DNA of 64,000 nucleotides from Sphagnum compactum (Eukaryota): NCBI GenBank assembly GCA_965153455.1, contig OZ234493.1, positions 35,206,213 to 35,270,212 of the forward strand, read 5' to 3'. Shown piece by piece: positions 52,601 to 64,000 of this stretch (position 1 is its first letter; each line of letters starts with the position of its first letter). The notes under the pieces were generated by a model. It saw only the letters and a program-made list of their open reading frames with translations, ran no database searches and was not told where the DNA came from. The position numbers and the translations under genes were made by a program.

Positions 52601-53804
52601 TTGCAATAAATCATCAATTTTGTTCCAATTTTTATAATGTAATTGGAGGGTATGTTGTTACCCATAGTACTTTTTTATTTGTTGTTTGTGGATTTTGCAA
52701 GCATTTTGTTTTTCGAAGTGCCCTGCATTTGTTTTTCCCCTTTTTTTTTATTATGATACCAAGCAAGCAAGAAAAAAAACTGGAAAAGGTCTTTAAACTT
52801 GATAAAGCTCCCAACCTTGGGATTTATTTTAAACTTTTTTCTTTTTATTTGGTGTAAGTGATAAGATGAACATCCTTGAACACTTGTATATGTGTAGACC
52901 TTTGAAACTCAGAGTTACAAGGAATATCCCATTCAAGGAGGGAAATTATGTGCACCTTTTTTGGGTCTCTTTTCTAGTGTTCATGTGCAAGTTTATTGTT
53001 TTTGATATAACCTTGGGAAAGAGTATATAAATTTTTCCCCAATTATATATATACCCATCAAATAAAGATATATTAGTGGTCAAAATTTTCCACTGGAATA
53101 AGGTCTCTGAGTATACAATTTATTTTTATAGATAGATGAGTAGGGTACAGGACCCCCACTCCCCCCTCCCCCCAAAAGAAATCATACACCTTTTTTCAGG
53201 TAAAAAATGGGTATGGATTTTTTTAATTTTCATTATAAAAATCATGTTCACATTTTGGAATTTTGAAAAAAAAAGAAGATTTGGAAATCAAATACAATGT
53301 CAAAATGCAAGAATCCAAGTGTTTGATTCATCTTTCACTAGGATAAACATGTCTACAAGTGAATAATACTTAGTGTATTAGTTGACGTCATGATTGAAAT
53401 TTGGTTAATGATGTGATCATCTAGTAATTTGTAGCTCATCTTTGGGCATTGAAGTAAGATTTTGAATCACCTAATTCTATAAGTAATATATGAAAGTTGT
53501 GAAAGTTATGGCCCTCCAAAATAAAAGGGGAGTTTTCCATTTGAAATATATTCTTATCACACCTACCACTCCTAACATGTGCACTATTATCATATGCTAA
53601 CAATCCTCAATTTCATCCCACATGGTTTGCCAAAGTTCTCACCTTCTCAGTTTATATAGTTAATGCCAAAGGCGTATTATCACATCCTCTAGTAGAAACT
53701 TACATTTTGTTGAGTCTGCAAAGTCTCAAATTTTCTTCAGGGTCTTTGAAATGACCCAGAACCGGCGGTTATTTGAAAATTCAAATAGGTACGTACCCAC
53801 CTAA

Positions 53805-54046
53805 AGGTGCATTCACACTTGGTATTAGGGGACTCAAAAAGTGTTTAGAGTCCCTTCTCACCATACTAGGTAGTCATTTAAGACTTTAAAAAACTTACTT
53901 ATCATGAAGAAGATTTTATGTTAAACTAACATTCACTTTTTTAACATTAAGCTTTCACCCATTTTTTAACATTGGGTGCCACCTAGGATGCCACCTAGAC
54001 TTACATTTAACAATTGATTTAACATCAAGTGTGAATGCATGCACCA
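53805..54046. mobile_element. Tourist-like MITE
   Basis: TIR GGTGCATTCACACTTG / CAAGTGTGAATGCA(TGCA)CC; TAA on both sides. Confidence 0.7.
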
Positions 54047-55544
54047 TAAGAGGGGAAAATACCTACAAAGTACTGAAATTAGATCAGAGTACCATATGTG
54101 TAAGTGAACACACACTGCAAAGGATTTTGTGTAGGGTAAAGCCCAAGGCTGCAGGAGGCTTTACCAAACCCAAAAAAATTGTGGGGAATTCTGAAAGACA
54201 GAACACCTGCTGGCTGCATTGGGCATTCCATTTTCAGAAATGTCTGAGGAACAGAATATCATAGTACATGATGAACAGTTTCCGCATAAATTAAAATTAT
54301 TTTTTTGTTTTGCCAAAATTTTGAAATTTTAATTATTTATTTATTACTTGTGTGTGTTGAAATTTTTTATTATAATTATTATAAATTTAAGAATCTGCAA
54401 GTTTTCTGAATGTTGGGTTGGAAACTTGTAGATCTCGAAAGTTCAAGAACTTAAGAGTGAGAGACACCTATAAACAATAGCAAGAATATGTATATAATTC
54501 GATCAAGGAGTATGGTATGTGGAAGAGATAGACTCTCTCTCTCTAAGGTGCTTTTCCAATTACACTAGAAAGATCAGCACAGGTCTTTAGTCCTTAAGAG
54601 CTCTTGCCATTGCCACATACAATGGTGCAATGGCGAGTCCTTCCTCCTTCACCTATAAAATTAGAATTCCATTCAAACGGGACTTAACTCTGGCCTGCTG
54701 CTCCTCTTGTGTACTTCAGCAGCATTGTATTTGGAATCAATCCCATTGACCCAAGTAAAAAGAAAAACCAGATTACACCTGACCCAAAAATAAAAAAACC
54801 ATTAACCAGAGGATCCTAGGCAAAGGAAGGACATGCACCTCTTGAGCACAATCTACTTATAGCAAACAACAACATTTATGCTTATCTCAAGTAAAAACAC
54901 CTCCAAATGACAAAAACATACTTGTTAGCCCCTTTCTTTTTCACATTCCATTCTCTCTGTACTTTTTCTGTAAGCATCCAACAAAGCACTTTCAACTCAA
55001 TCCAACATGTGAGCTTCTTAGTAGGCTAAGCATTACATTAAGAGTTAAAAAATTTGCTGGCTTATTATTAATATGCAATGATGAATAACACTTTGAGTTA
55101 CTATACTCTATAATGAATCTAAACACAATATCCTTGGCCTTTGGTAGACAAGTCCAATACAAGTGTTGCCAAACTTAGTTGTCAATAATATGAACCTGCT
55201 GATGAGACTTTATTGCAAGAAGGCAAGACAATGAGGAAAAAGAGTGAAAATGGAGAAACAACGGATATATGTATGTTCTATTTTTAAATTACTAAGTGCC
55301 AAATGTGTAATAGGAAAGACCCACCCACCACATACATCATAACTCCATGCAAAAAGCTTGTGAGATTTCAGAAGAAGAGAGCTGTTGAGCAGTAACATGA
55401 CAAAACCAACAGTGCAATGTGGAAAAAAAAAAGCCTTAGGAAGAAGAAAACAAAAGTTCGAAATATCGTTCATAATGTGATTCATATTAATATTATATAG
55501 TTCATGGGCGTGCTCACCACTTTGTCTTTTACTTTGTTTTGAAG

Positions 55545-55930
55545 GAGCCATATTGATTGAAGGCCCATCAGCAATGTTTTTGGAACATTGGGCACTCCCC
55601 AATAGAAGCACCTCTTTGTACCCCAGTCCCAAAAGAGAAACAAATGTGCTCTCATATAACCGACCTTTTCAGTTTATATACATGAGAGTTGAACTTTGGG
55701 CAAACCATATGGGATAAAAATGTGAGGTGCTATGGCAAAAGTATTGGGGAATAACTTGAGAACCTCATAGGAACATGATGGGAACACATTGGGAACAAGG
55801 GAAAAAAAAAAAAAAAATGTCCCCTCTCCTCCCCCTCCAAAAGAAGGAAATTGAATCTCTCATGAATGTATGTATGTTGAACCTTCCCCTTGGCTGCATG
55901 AAACTTTTTATTTCCAAAAATGTTTGTCAC
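55545..55930 (+). repeat. Dispersed repeat; second direct copy at ~56985-57260
   Basis: Shared GCCCATCAGCAA...TTGGAACATTGGGCA..CCCCAATAGAAGCACCTCTTTG...GGAACATGATGGGAACACATTGGGAACAAGG. Confidence 0.85.
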
Positions 55931-56528
55931 CATTTTTCACCTAGACTACTATTAGCACGGGCACTATTTGTGGGACATAACAGAGTTATCCATAACGTTG
56001 AACAAACACAACACCAGAAGCCCATGTTTGCCTGACTCACGATGAAACGAGATTGCAAAGACAACATCAACAAAATTAACATGAGGCCGCCAATGAGGCC
56101 TGAAACACAAAAAATCATGCTTGACTTGCGTTGAATTGAGTTCATCCCAAGTTGAGGTTGAGAATTGATTTTTCCACACAAATATGTACAAAAAGTCAGA
56201 ATAGGTTTAAAGCCCCACTTCCCCATCGCAGGAACCAACTTTAAAGGCTCTTCTTCTTGTCTCTGCCAAATGGCTCATCTCGTCAACAAAGTTCTGAAAA
56301 TATTGCATACCCAATTCGGCGCTTGCACCTGTGTGATACGATATCAAAAAAAGAAACATAACCGAGTTGCTATGCCGCTAGCAGATGTGGTGTTATGATT
56401 TGCAAGCCTACAGATATGAGTTATGATTTGCAGATGTGAGTTATGATGGGCTTATGATGCAAAAACAATGAGTGCATGATACATGTTGCATGTACTATCT
56501 CCAATTGTACATGCTGTACACACTCTTA

Positions 56529-56915
56529 GAGCATCCCCACAGGTGCTCAATATGTTACCCTGCAGCAAAAATATTTCTCACGTCCAAGTTTAGTTATTCA
56601 CCTTTTTGCAACCCCATTTTTGCGTAAAACTGAAATTGGGACTGCAAATAGGTGGGAAACTACTAATAACAAGCCACGTGGACCAATCTTGATGATTGGC
56701 CAATCGAAAATCGGGAGCAGCAATCGGATCATATTTGTTACACACTTGTGTCTAGCAGGTGCACACCTCTGCTGCTGCGCTATTTACCAGCCTCAGGAAA
56801 CTCAGCACATATGCAGCAGAACAACCATTTTCTTGAGCCAAACCTGCATACGTTGGCTTTTCTTCATCCCATTTTAATGTGCAGTGTCACATACTGAGCA
56901 TCAGTGGGGATGCTC
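56529..56915. mobile_element. Tourist/Harbinger-type MITE (387 bp) with TTA TSD
   Basis: TIR GAGCATCCCCAC / GTGGGGATGCTC; TTA at 56526-56528 and 56916-56918. Confidence 0.85.
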
Positions 56916-57332
56916 TTAGTGTGGCTGTGATCCGTATTAGTTAGATCCTGGATGCGCTCACAACTTTTTTTTCTTTTATTTAAATGAGCCATATCGATTT
57001 AAAGGAGCCCATCAGCAAAAAAATTTGGAACATTGGGCATGCCCCCAATAGAAGCACCTCTTTGGACCCTCAGTTGCAAAATAGAAACAAATGTGCTCCC
57101 CTAGATTTCACGTCTTCAGGTTATCTGCATGGGGTTGAACTTCACGCAAACCATATAGGATAAAGCAGAGGTGCTATTGGGAGCATCTTGAGGAACACTT
57201 TGGTAATCCTTTGGGAACATGATGGGAACACATTGGGAACAAGGAGAAAAACAAAAAATCTGTCTCCCCTTGCCCACATTTTTTTGATTTAAACATGTCG
57301 CCAATTTATGCGAAATCTTTTTCTGGGGACAT

Positions 57333-57914
57333 TAGAGTTATTGGTAAAGTCACCCTGTCTTCACCCTCTGCTTTCACCCCCTTATCCCCTCTGCTTTCAC
57401 CCCCTATCCCCTCTTTCAGTGGTATCCGCAAAGTAATGAAATTTTATTCAATCTCAGTATGAAATGCTGAAACTCAGCATTTCATGCACAAGGTTCGAGA
57501 GTAATTATAGTTGTTGTACAGGTAATAGCAGTGAAGGCGCTCACGAAAAAGGAAAGACGCGATGAAACTCAGTTTACCACCTAAATTGGCGGAAAAACTA
57601 GTTTGGGTCCCACTTATTTCGTTTTGTAACATCTTCATTCCCAGTTACACGTTTGATGCCTTATTACCTTGGCCAATTCGACACTAATTATATTATTTTC
57701 AGAAATGTTGAAATTTTCAAATTTTATTTTTTTCAAATAAAAAAATATTGTGAAAGAAAATAATGAATATTTCGAAATATTCCATTTGTTGAAATGAATG
57801 TTTCAAAATCAATTAGTTATTCTACGAACAAGTGTTGAAATGGCCAAGGTACTATGATATGCCGAAACTGGCCATTCTTGCCCCTTAATCGTGTGACTTT
57901 ACCGCCGATCTCTA
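57333..57914. mobile_element. MITE-like element, inverted sister of 23773-24156, with an extra AT-rich internal segment
   Basis: Ends TAGAGTTATTGGTAAAGTCAC / GTGACTTTACCGCCGATCTCTA; no clear TSD. Confidence 0.65.
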
Positions 57915-59483
57915 ATCGGTAGTGAATTGTGATGCTACATTAAAAACTAGGGACAAAAACCCATTGATTGGGTGAGTTTGAAATTTTGAAATTTCAATTT
58001 CCCCAACTTTGTAGGCATGTTTGAATTGGCAAATTGGTCTATTGGGTTTTGGCCTATTGGTTTTTTGGGTTAAGCCTGTCACCAGACTCATCAATACCAT
58101 AAATAAATGAATTTTAAAAAAATTGGAACCACCCCCAAAATCATGTACTCTTGTTTATCATCGGGTAGGTAGTAGGCATAAAGAAAATTTAAAACTTTGA
58201 AAAAATGTTAATATACTGCAATAGCGTCCATCATGAAGTTATCGTGAATTTAAACACACATAAATCACAAAGCAACTTTTGTTTTTTAAAAGCTTTTGTG
58301 ATACCCAACAAGTATGAAGGGAAAAAATGAAAAAAAATTATATTGAGTGTTTCAAAAAATGACATTCTCTCGTGTATGCATTTGCATCATAGTTATATCA
58401 TAATCTCCAATTTGATTTTTATCCAAAGTATAGTTACTTGGGAAATATTTGTCCACAACTATGCACGCGGTATGAGGGCCAAGGCCATATGATCCCGTAT
58501 TAAAGATTCTAAAATTTAAACACAAGGAAAAACAGGATGAACCGATTCTATGCAATGTGGTTTTTTTAGGTATTTTTTAATGTAGCCTAAATTGCGATCA
58601 TGCATACGAAGATGTAGGGAAAATGGCAATCATCCTTATGGCTATAAATAAAATATGAATCACACATTTTCAAATCAAAAAAATTCATATTTATAGTTAC
58701 ACACTGAAAACCAACTATAGGATTTTAGTGATTTTTCACTTTTATTTTTCTCACTTTTGACAATGGAAACCCTCCAAATCATTTGGTTTCTGAAATTTTT
58801 ATTTTTTATTTCACTTTTGGGCTAAATTGCACCACTAAATTCTACTCCCACCCCACATTTTGTGAATGACCCATCTTATGTAATCAAATTTGGCTAAATC
58901 ATCTTATAGATGATCACCATTTCAACATCATCACAAAATTGAAAACAAAACCCTGATATTTATTATGTCAAAACATCATAATTTTCGAAACTACTCTCAT
59001 AAGATTACACAATCAAATCATAACCATAATTTATGTCATTTTAACATAAGTGATACAAAAATTGACATAAACAATAGGTTCAATTCGACTATCTAGTCAT
59101 TTTTTTTTAGTCATGAAAATCACATTTTAACATAGCATGTTGTCAAATTGGCATCAAACAATCCTATTACCTAACTATAGTTGGTAGCGTAAGTTTTTTA
59201 TTTTTAGTTTTTTTTTTGGCTTAAAGATCCATCTTAAAGAGGGTTTTTTATATATAGAAGTTTTAAAAGTAGGTTGAAGATCTCACTTTATATTCTCTCT
59301 TACTCTTAAGGAGTAGGTGCAAGATCACTTCTCAATTTTCTAGGCGGGATGGATATTATTAATGGACCCTCCAATTTTCAAATACACAAAATTTCTCTTG
59401 TTCTTTTTGAGGTAGCATCAACATAAAGAGTCAAAGTGCAGGAAGGTGCAAGAGATTCAGTTGTAAAAACAAACATTATGCTG

Positions 59484-59627
59484 CGGCAAAATGCCAAAAA
59501 ATATTCATAAGCAAACAACATAGTGAAAGCATGGCAAAATGCCAAAAAATACTCATAAGTGAACAACATAGTGAAAGCATGGCAAAATGCCAAAAAATAC
59601 TCATAAGTGAACAACATAGTGAAAGCA
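59484..59627. repeat. 48-bp tandem repeat, ~3 copies
   Basis: GGCAAAATGCCAAAAAATACTCATAAGTGAACAACATAGTGAAAGCAT repeated almost perfectly. Confidence 0.9.
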
Positions 59628-62341
59628 GTTTTGGAAAGCAGTTTGTTAGCCACCATTGTTGCCTGCAACAACAAAAATGAAAGCAGTTTTGTAGCTACCA
59701 TTTCTTTGCCTTCCAAATATGGTGGTAGCCTATGTCAGTCATTTCAGTTCAAGCTTTATGAACTCAACTTAATTGAGGGACATCTGTTGGAAGATGGATA
59801 GAGATGGGAGGGACACCCTTTCATGACTACTCCACTGACAATACAATTTTGCTGCTTGTTGGCTTGCTTGCTTGCTGGCTTAATTCTATTTCATGAATTT
59901 GAGGCTACATTACAAGTTACAACAGATTCATTCATATTGGGTTTTTTTTTTTTTTTTTTTTTTTTTTGTTCTTAAATTTCCCTTATGGTAGTAGGCCTTT
60001 GGCTCATGAACACAGGTGTTGAGGTGTAGTCATTGCCATAGCAAAAATCATTTTTTTTGTTGTAGTGTGAGCAATCAAGTTAAAAACAATTTAGCCAAAT
60101 TTGGCTACATACGAGATATGGAAGTAGGGGGAAAAAAAAAAAAAAAAAAAACAGACTCCTTCTATACTCTTGGCTACTTACCTATTGGAACTTATCATAC
60201 AAATTAGATGATTTGGAATTTCTTTTGCCGAAATCTTCTGATGACTTTGGGCCATTTTTTTTTCCATGAAAAATCCTTTGAGCACGTCGAAATCATCTTT
60301 TTCAGGTCAAAATTTGGCGAAAATGTGCCATTAAAAAAACACCGACCAACACCCACCATCACATCATGCAGGATGGATGATGGTATGAGGACAGGAAGCA
60401 ATTCTTCATTGTATTCCTATCCACTTAATCATGGTGGTTAACCATGTAAACTAACCATCCACATGTATCATCTACTCCTTTTAACATCGCATCTAATTTC
60501 ATGGTACACTTGTGCAGTAAACATTTTCAATGTCATTGGTTTTTTTACAATCTTGGATGCCTTCCTTCATTGTTGATGAAATTCTTCGCTAGACTTTGTG
60601 CAATCGCCTAATTACAAAACCTCTCGTGTTTAGCTCTTGGATACTCTTCTAGGGCAAAAGTTTAGAGGAAGAAGGTTAGGTTTAGCCTCTAACTAAATGA
60701 ACTGACAACACAACCCTCTTATGCACTTCTCTAACTTTGGATGCTCTTGATGGTAGTTTTATGTACTTGACAAAGTTGTGCATTGTGGAGATCGGATGAT
60801 ATCAATCGTAGTAGGCTCGGTGCACCAAACAGCTCTCGGGGTGAGGAATAATTGTGGATTCTTTTGAAATGTGAGCCTATTGAACACTAAGGTACTTCTC
60901 TAGAGCTCAATTAGTTGTTCTTTTGTTTTGGGATAATGGGATTGGGGAAGCAAACTTGGTGTGATTAGTAATCACACGGCGGTGAGGGATGAATGTGACC
61001 CAACAACCACCAATGCCCCATTGATGAATAAATCGCAACCGAGTTACCAAGGTTCCTCCTTGGTAACCTATCCGGTTAACCCTCTTCCATCTCCCCTTCC
61101 ATTACCTGGGTAACTACTTATAATGTGTAGGGTAAGGACAAGCATTCACATATTTTAAATAATTGTAACCAGAATTGACTCAAGATTGAATACACGTCGT
61201 GTATTTGAACAACAATTGGTTTAATCCTCAAGTTCATACTTGACAGGATGCTTCTAGTTTAGGTTTAGGGTTTAGGAAAAGCAACATTTGAGAGTTTTGT
61301 GAGAACTTTAGATAGCATGAGCATGGAGGCCTTCTCTCTTGAATGATTTGGAAATGAGTGTTGAACATCATTGTGTCGTTGCATCAATGCAAGAAAGTGG
61401 TGGCGTTCAATATCATTGGTGCTAGTAGAGGATTGTTGGAGTCCATGGATAGGATGAGCACACGAAAATAAGTTTGTTTTATGTAGATTAGAAAGTTTGC
61501 TTTGTGCTTCATGCTTTTGTGTGCTTTGTTTTTTCTCTCTTCATTCAAGCTTTCAAAGTTGCCAAAAGATTTTATGTGTGTGTGCTATTTTTAAGATTGC
61601 TGAAAAGATTTGTGTGTGTGAGTTTTATGCTTCGAGATTGTGCATTCAAGTGTGCTTGTGATTTCTCCTTCCTCTCAAGATGTCAAGCCTACAAAGAGCT
61701 TCCATAGCTTTGTTGTGCCAACTATTGTTTGTTGAAACCTCCATCAAATTATTAATTTTCTACACAATATTTGCCAAGTGCTTCATGAACTACCCATTTT
61801 GTTTCAACACATTCATCAAACTCTCTCATTACTATAAATCATGACTTTTCGAGTTGTCCAACCTTGTTTATTTTGACCAAAACATTGGTCAACTTGACTA
61901 TAGTAAGCCCTAGATGCTAAATTGACATGTCTCTTTTGACAAGTTCAATTGACTAAAATTACTTTTTTGACTACTTGGTTAAATGTGACCTTTTGTCAAA
62001 TTAAACAAAATATGAACACCTTTAGTTTAAAAAAAACAAGGGTTCAATAAAATAGGACATTCAATTTTGTTTAAACCATATTTATAATTAAATATATGTA
62101 TTTATAATTATTTATGGATATTTTGACCAATAAATTTTACTAACAACAATTGATTATTAGTCCAAATTCATATTAGAGTAACTCAATAGGTACATAAAGC
62201 TTCTAGGCTAGGTTGCTAGGTAGGTTAGGTAGGTTAGGTAGGTAAAGTAGGCTAATTAACCTATTGTAATTAAACTAGATTTCCTAGGTAGGTTAGAAAA
62301 AAATGTTCATAACAATAAAATGACAAAATTTATTGTTTGTT

Positions 62342-62410
62342 GAGGATATGGTGTAATGGTTGAGGATTGGTCCCTCAACATGGAGGTGAGATATTCGAAT
62401 TCTCACACTT
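62342..62410 (+). other. Degenerate tRNA-like sequence (possible SINE head or tRNA pseudogene)
   Basis: A-box-like TGGTGTAATGG and B-box-like ATTCGAATTC at tRNA-like spacing; acceptor stem does not pair convincingly. Confidence 0.35.
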
Positions 62411-63099
62411 ACACCTTATTTAGCTAGGCTAGGTGGTTAGGCTAGACTACCTATCCTAGTCAGGTTTTTAGCCTCTAGGTTAGGTAACCTAATTAACTTC
62501 CTAGGTTAAGCTTGTTGCTTAAGCTAAGTAGCTTCACTAAGTTTTTAACCTAGGTTAGGGTGTTTAACATAATTTTTAAAGTTTAGGTGTTTAGCTCAAG
62601 CTAGGTTTACTTACCTACTTAAACCTTATTTACATATTAAGTCAAATGTTTATTCATTTTGACTACCATTTTGAGTAATAATCAAGATTAAAGTTGGTCA
62701 AGTTGACTAATTGATATGAATAATTAAAAAACCAATAATTAAAAAGACCATCAATAAAAAGACAATCAATTGAAAAAAAAAATGTTGATTTGACGAATAG
62801 CCAACTTGGACATGTTGGAATCAACTTGTCTAATAGGATCGATTGGATAAGTCAACAAATGTCACAATTTGGTCTTTTTGGACCAATTATGCTAATGACG
62901 AAAGCCATGATTTGTAATATTGTATCAAGTTTCCAAACCTACCTTGTTTGTTTTTTTTTACTTCATTTATTTCCCCTTAGGTTGCATGGAGTTTCCAAAT
63001 GAATTGGTTGATATGCAAGTTTCTAATGTGCACGATCTTAGCCCTCATGAGTTCTTGTAAGCTTTGCCATCAACAATATTGAAAATGAAGTTAAAGAGG

Positions 63100-63600
63100 T
63101 TGAAGAACATGCAATTGTTGAAAAGTGTTGTATTTATGATATGTAGTTGATGAATTTGAAGAAACAAGGTGTTTCATGCAAACATCATAACCATAATTTG
63201 GCCATTTGAGTGTTTTATCAAATGAACAATAACCAACCTATTGATTTTACTCAAAACTAGGTTATGTGTTGTATCATTTGTCATATTCAAATAGCAAGTC
63301 AAAAATCTTGACCTTATGCCCTAGATTATGAAAGGGCTCATTGTTTACCTTAAATCCAATGGCATACCTACCATGAAAAAAACGTAGAAGGGGAGGACAT
63401 TCCCTAAATGAAGAGGTTTGTATAAAAGGTTAGTAGTTGCCTTAGGATTGGACTTAAATGTGAGCTAGCCACCAAGCATCCACATGTTACCCCAAGTGTA
63501 ATCTTTAGGGAATTTTCCTCTATTAACCAATTTAGAAAAAATAATGAAACACAAATTACTTTTTTAGAAGATGTCATGTTGTATGCCATTATAGGATTAA
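63100..63600 (+). mobile_element. Degenerate hAT transposase N-terminus (BED-finger-like)
   Basis: Broken frames give VFYQMNNNQPIDFTQN*VMCCIICH...KGLIVYLKSNGIPTMKK...FLEDVMLY, resembling recalled moss hAT remnants. Confidence 0.55.
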
Positions 63601-64000
63601 ACCACATCTTAATTTTTCAAGATTGATGTAGGGCAACCATTTTGCTTATGTTTATATTCATTATTCATGAATAGAAATTTCAAAAATGTTTCATTATCAT
63701 GCCCAAATGAACTTCACAAAATTGGTGCATTTTGGGGTTTTCAATAGTCCATTAACGTACATTACATTTTATGAAATGACATGGAAACTTGCATTTATGG
63801 TTCACCAAGATGTAATTGAAATTTGAATAAAAAAATAAGTGTTGTTCATTGAAGATTTTTTATGTAGTGAGTCCATATGCATAATTTTGAAAGATACTTT
63901 CACTTCTAGTGATTTAAATAAAAAGCTCTGCTATTGGTTATATTTAATCATTTTGAAGTTTTTTTCTCACTTGGTAACTATAGTTAGTCAATGTGTGGAA

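Noticed and set aside
59378-59716. 112-aa ORF with a 16-aa repeat (AFTMLFTYEYFLAFCH)
   Set aside because: Explained by a 48-bp DNA tandem repeat; no recognisable domain or splice support.
62342-62410. Functional tRNA gene
   Set aside because: Box-like motifs are present but the cloverleaf stems do not pair well; kept only as a degenerate tRNA-like relic.

Overview
AT-rich, intron-containing eukaryotic DNA from a land plant. The repeat landscape looks like a moss, probably Sphagnum (inference from recalled repeat families, not verified). Intact genes, all on the minus strand: the first exon of a probable ERO1 at the left edge, a 3-exon YIP1-family gene (35229-38133) and a 6-exon pectin methylesterase without a PMEI domain (46408-49674). 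The standout structure is a ~5 kb inverted duplication (arms ~3141-8039 and ~18166-23498, ~10 kb spacer). Each arm carries a divergently oriented, intronless gene with an acidic leader, a ParB/sulfiredoxin-like domain (LRFTQDSI...WSLDNRRLWVF) resembling bacterial polymorphic-toxin ParB-type domains, a low-complexity linker and a hydrophobic C-terminal tail. Both copies are disrupted by non-overlapping lesions, so a ~458-aa ancestral ORF can be rebuilt. The rest is transposon debris (CACTA, hAT, PIF/Harbinger, a solo LTR, MITEs) and minisatellites.
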